Below are positions 62,905 to 64,000 of a stretch of DNA of 64,000 nucleotides, one piece after another; positions within the stretch are counted from its first letter, which is position 1; every line of letters begins with the position of its first letter. This DNA is from an uncultured Gemmatimonadales bacterium. Its GTDB lineage: Bacteria; Gemmatimonadota; Gemmatimonadetes; Gemmatimonadales; GWC2-71-9. The notes under the pieces were generated by a model. The model was not told the DNA's origin. It did not search any database and worked only from the letters and a program-made list of their open reading frames with translations. The translations under genes were made by a program, and so were the position numbers. The stretch is from positions 173,055 through 237,054 of the forward strand of contig CAWGVP010000002.1 in NCBI GenBank assembly GCA_963826065.1, read 5' to 3'.

Positions 62905-63976
62905 CTATGGAACGTACTGCACATTGTTGCCCGGACGCCTCCCGCCGACCACTTCGATTCGCGGCTGGCCGCCCAGGAACACGCGGCTGGCTGCGATGTC
63001 GCTGCGCGCACTCGGCAGTGGCGCCCGGCGGGTCCACCTGTCCGTGGCCGGATCGTACACGATGGTGATGTCGAGCGTCTCAAAAGCCTCGCGCGCGGCG
63101 TTGTACCGCTCGCCCCCCATCACGTAGAGCTTGCCTTCCAGTACCGCCGTCGCCGCCCCGGGACGCTCCAGGCCAAGTGGGGTCTTCGCCGTCCACCGGT
63201 TCGTGGCGGGATCATAGACGGCGAGCCGTCCTTCACGTGTATACCAGGATCCGGCCATCAGGTAGAACTTCCCACCGATGACGCCGCCCGCATACGGCGA
63301 ACCTACACCTTCACCCGCAAAGGGACGGGGGAGCGTGGTCCACCGGTCCGTCACCGGATTATACCGGAAGAACAGGGGATTGCACTCCTCGTAATAGCCC
63401 CACGGTTCCCAGGCCATGAAACACCCGCTGACGACGTAGAGCCTGCCACCGATCACACCCGTCACGCCCAGTCCCAGACCATATTGCTTCTCTCCGTTCA
63501 CCGTGACCGTTGGGATGCCGGACTTCTCGGTCCAGGCGTTTCTGGCGGGATCGTACATGTAGAGCGCCGAGGTGGGGAAGTCAGGGTCCGAGTATCCTCC
63601 GGAGACGTAGATCTTTCCATCGATCACCCCGGCGCCGTTCGTTTCGGCCAGCGGCTCGGGGAGCGTGCGGCGGAAGGTCCAGGTATTAGTCGCGACGTTA
63701 TAGGCCGTCACCTTGTCGGACGGCTTTCCCGTGGGCGTGAGCCCGCCGATGGCGTAAACGATGGACTGCCCCGCGGCGTTCGTAATCGTGGCGGCGGCGA
63801 GCCTGGTCCGGTCGGCAGGCAATGTTCGCCCGGGTGAGCCAGGTATTGCCGGCGACCGCGAGTTCCGTTGTCGTCAAGGGGTCGGCGACCGGAGTGGGCT
63901 CGGTCGTATTCTCACCGCAGGCGGCGAGCGCGATCGAGCCGAACGCCAATCCGGTGAGCAGAGATGGATGCCTCAT
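62905..63976 (-). CDS. Kelch-repeat beta-propeller lipoprotein, apparently split by a 1-nt frameshift at about 63823
   Basis: Kelch-like units (IYAIGG, KIYVSGG, RLYVVSG, KFYLMAG, KLYVMGG) in ORF 62905..63822. The lipoprotein signal MRHPSLLTGLAFGSIALAACG sits in ORF 63698..63976, in a different frame. Confidence 0.75.
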
Positions 63977-64000
63977 AAATCCTCGCGGGCGAAGCCGCAG

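Overview
This is a 64-kb stretch of a high-GC (roughly 68-70 % by eye) bacterial chromosome. It is almost fully coding, and many neighbouring genes overlap by 4 nt at start/stop (ATGA or GTGA). I can support about 60 CDS, two intact tRNAs (elongator-type tRNA-Met CAT and tRNA-Ser TGA) and three decayed tRNA-like copies.

Housekeeping blocks:
- 0.2-7.6 kb, minus strand: a DUF2723 membrane protein, then folP, ftsH, hpt and tilS.
- 7.6-11.7 kb: a Kef-type antiporter and an ArsR / SRPBCC / AlkD-like operon with a very clear promoter and operator.
- 22.2-37.1 kb, minus strand: ftsB, eno, thiL, a propeller protein, nnr, glyA, rpiB, a Leu-type dehydrogenase, hbd, CPBP, bioY, a thiolase and thrS.
- 37.3-48.3 kb, plus strand: a BON protein, valS, an Ig-like lipoprotein, selA, gmhB, purN, purH and a second DUF2723 paralogue.
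- 49.3-56.4 kb: a tightly coupled six-gene sugar-modification operon (GT4, deacetylase-like, wecB, epimerase, methyltransferase, asnB). Three orphan CheY-like receivers lie around it.

Accessory or decaying parts:
- 11.9-15.7 kb: a minus-strand cluster of secreted proteins headed by an orphan Flp-type pilin-like gene with a long tail.
- 16.1-18.6 kb: a translationally coupled trio of membrane protein, small HTH protein and serine hydrolase. The hydrolase carries a compensated double frameshift that removes its Ser-x-x-Lys motif.
- 18.8-22.2 kb: a 3.3-kb islet lying between tRNA-Met and a degenerate copy of it. It carries a HAF-repeat lipoprotein and a RelE/ParE remnant.
- 58.3-62.3 kb: a tRNA-Ser(GCT)-like integration scar. 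The sulfatase gene is bracketed by two decayed tRNA-Ser-like copies, followed by a shredded OmpR-type regulator and an integrase C-terminal fragment.

Single-nucleotide frame breaks are concentrated in accessory genes for secreted proteins, while about 45 kb of core genes read cleanly.

I saw no rRNA, CRISPR array, intact transposase or integrase, prophage or recognisable defence system. I cannot point to one clearly novel system. The best candidates for follow-up are the Flp-headed cluster, the coupled trio and the two tRNA-anchored scars.

All calls come from reading the sequence and the ORF track by eye. Family names are from memory of motifs, not searches. Coordinates of non-ORF features are within about 2 nt.
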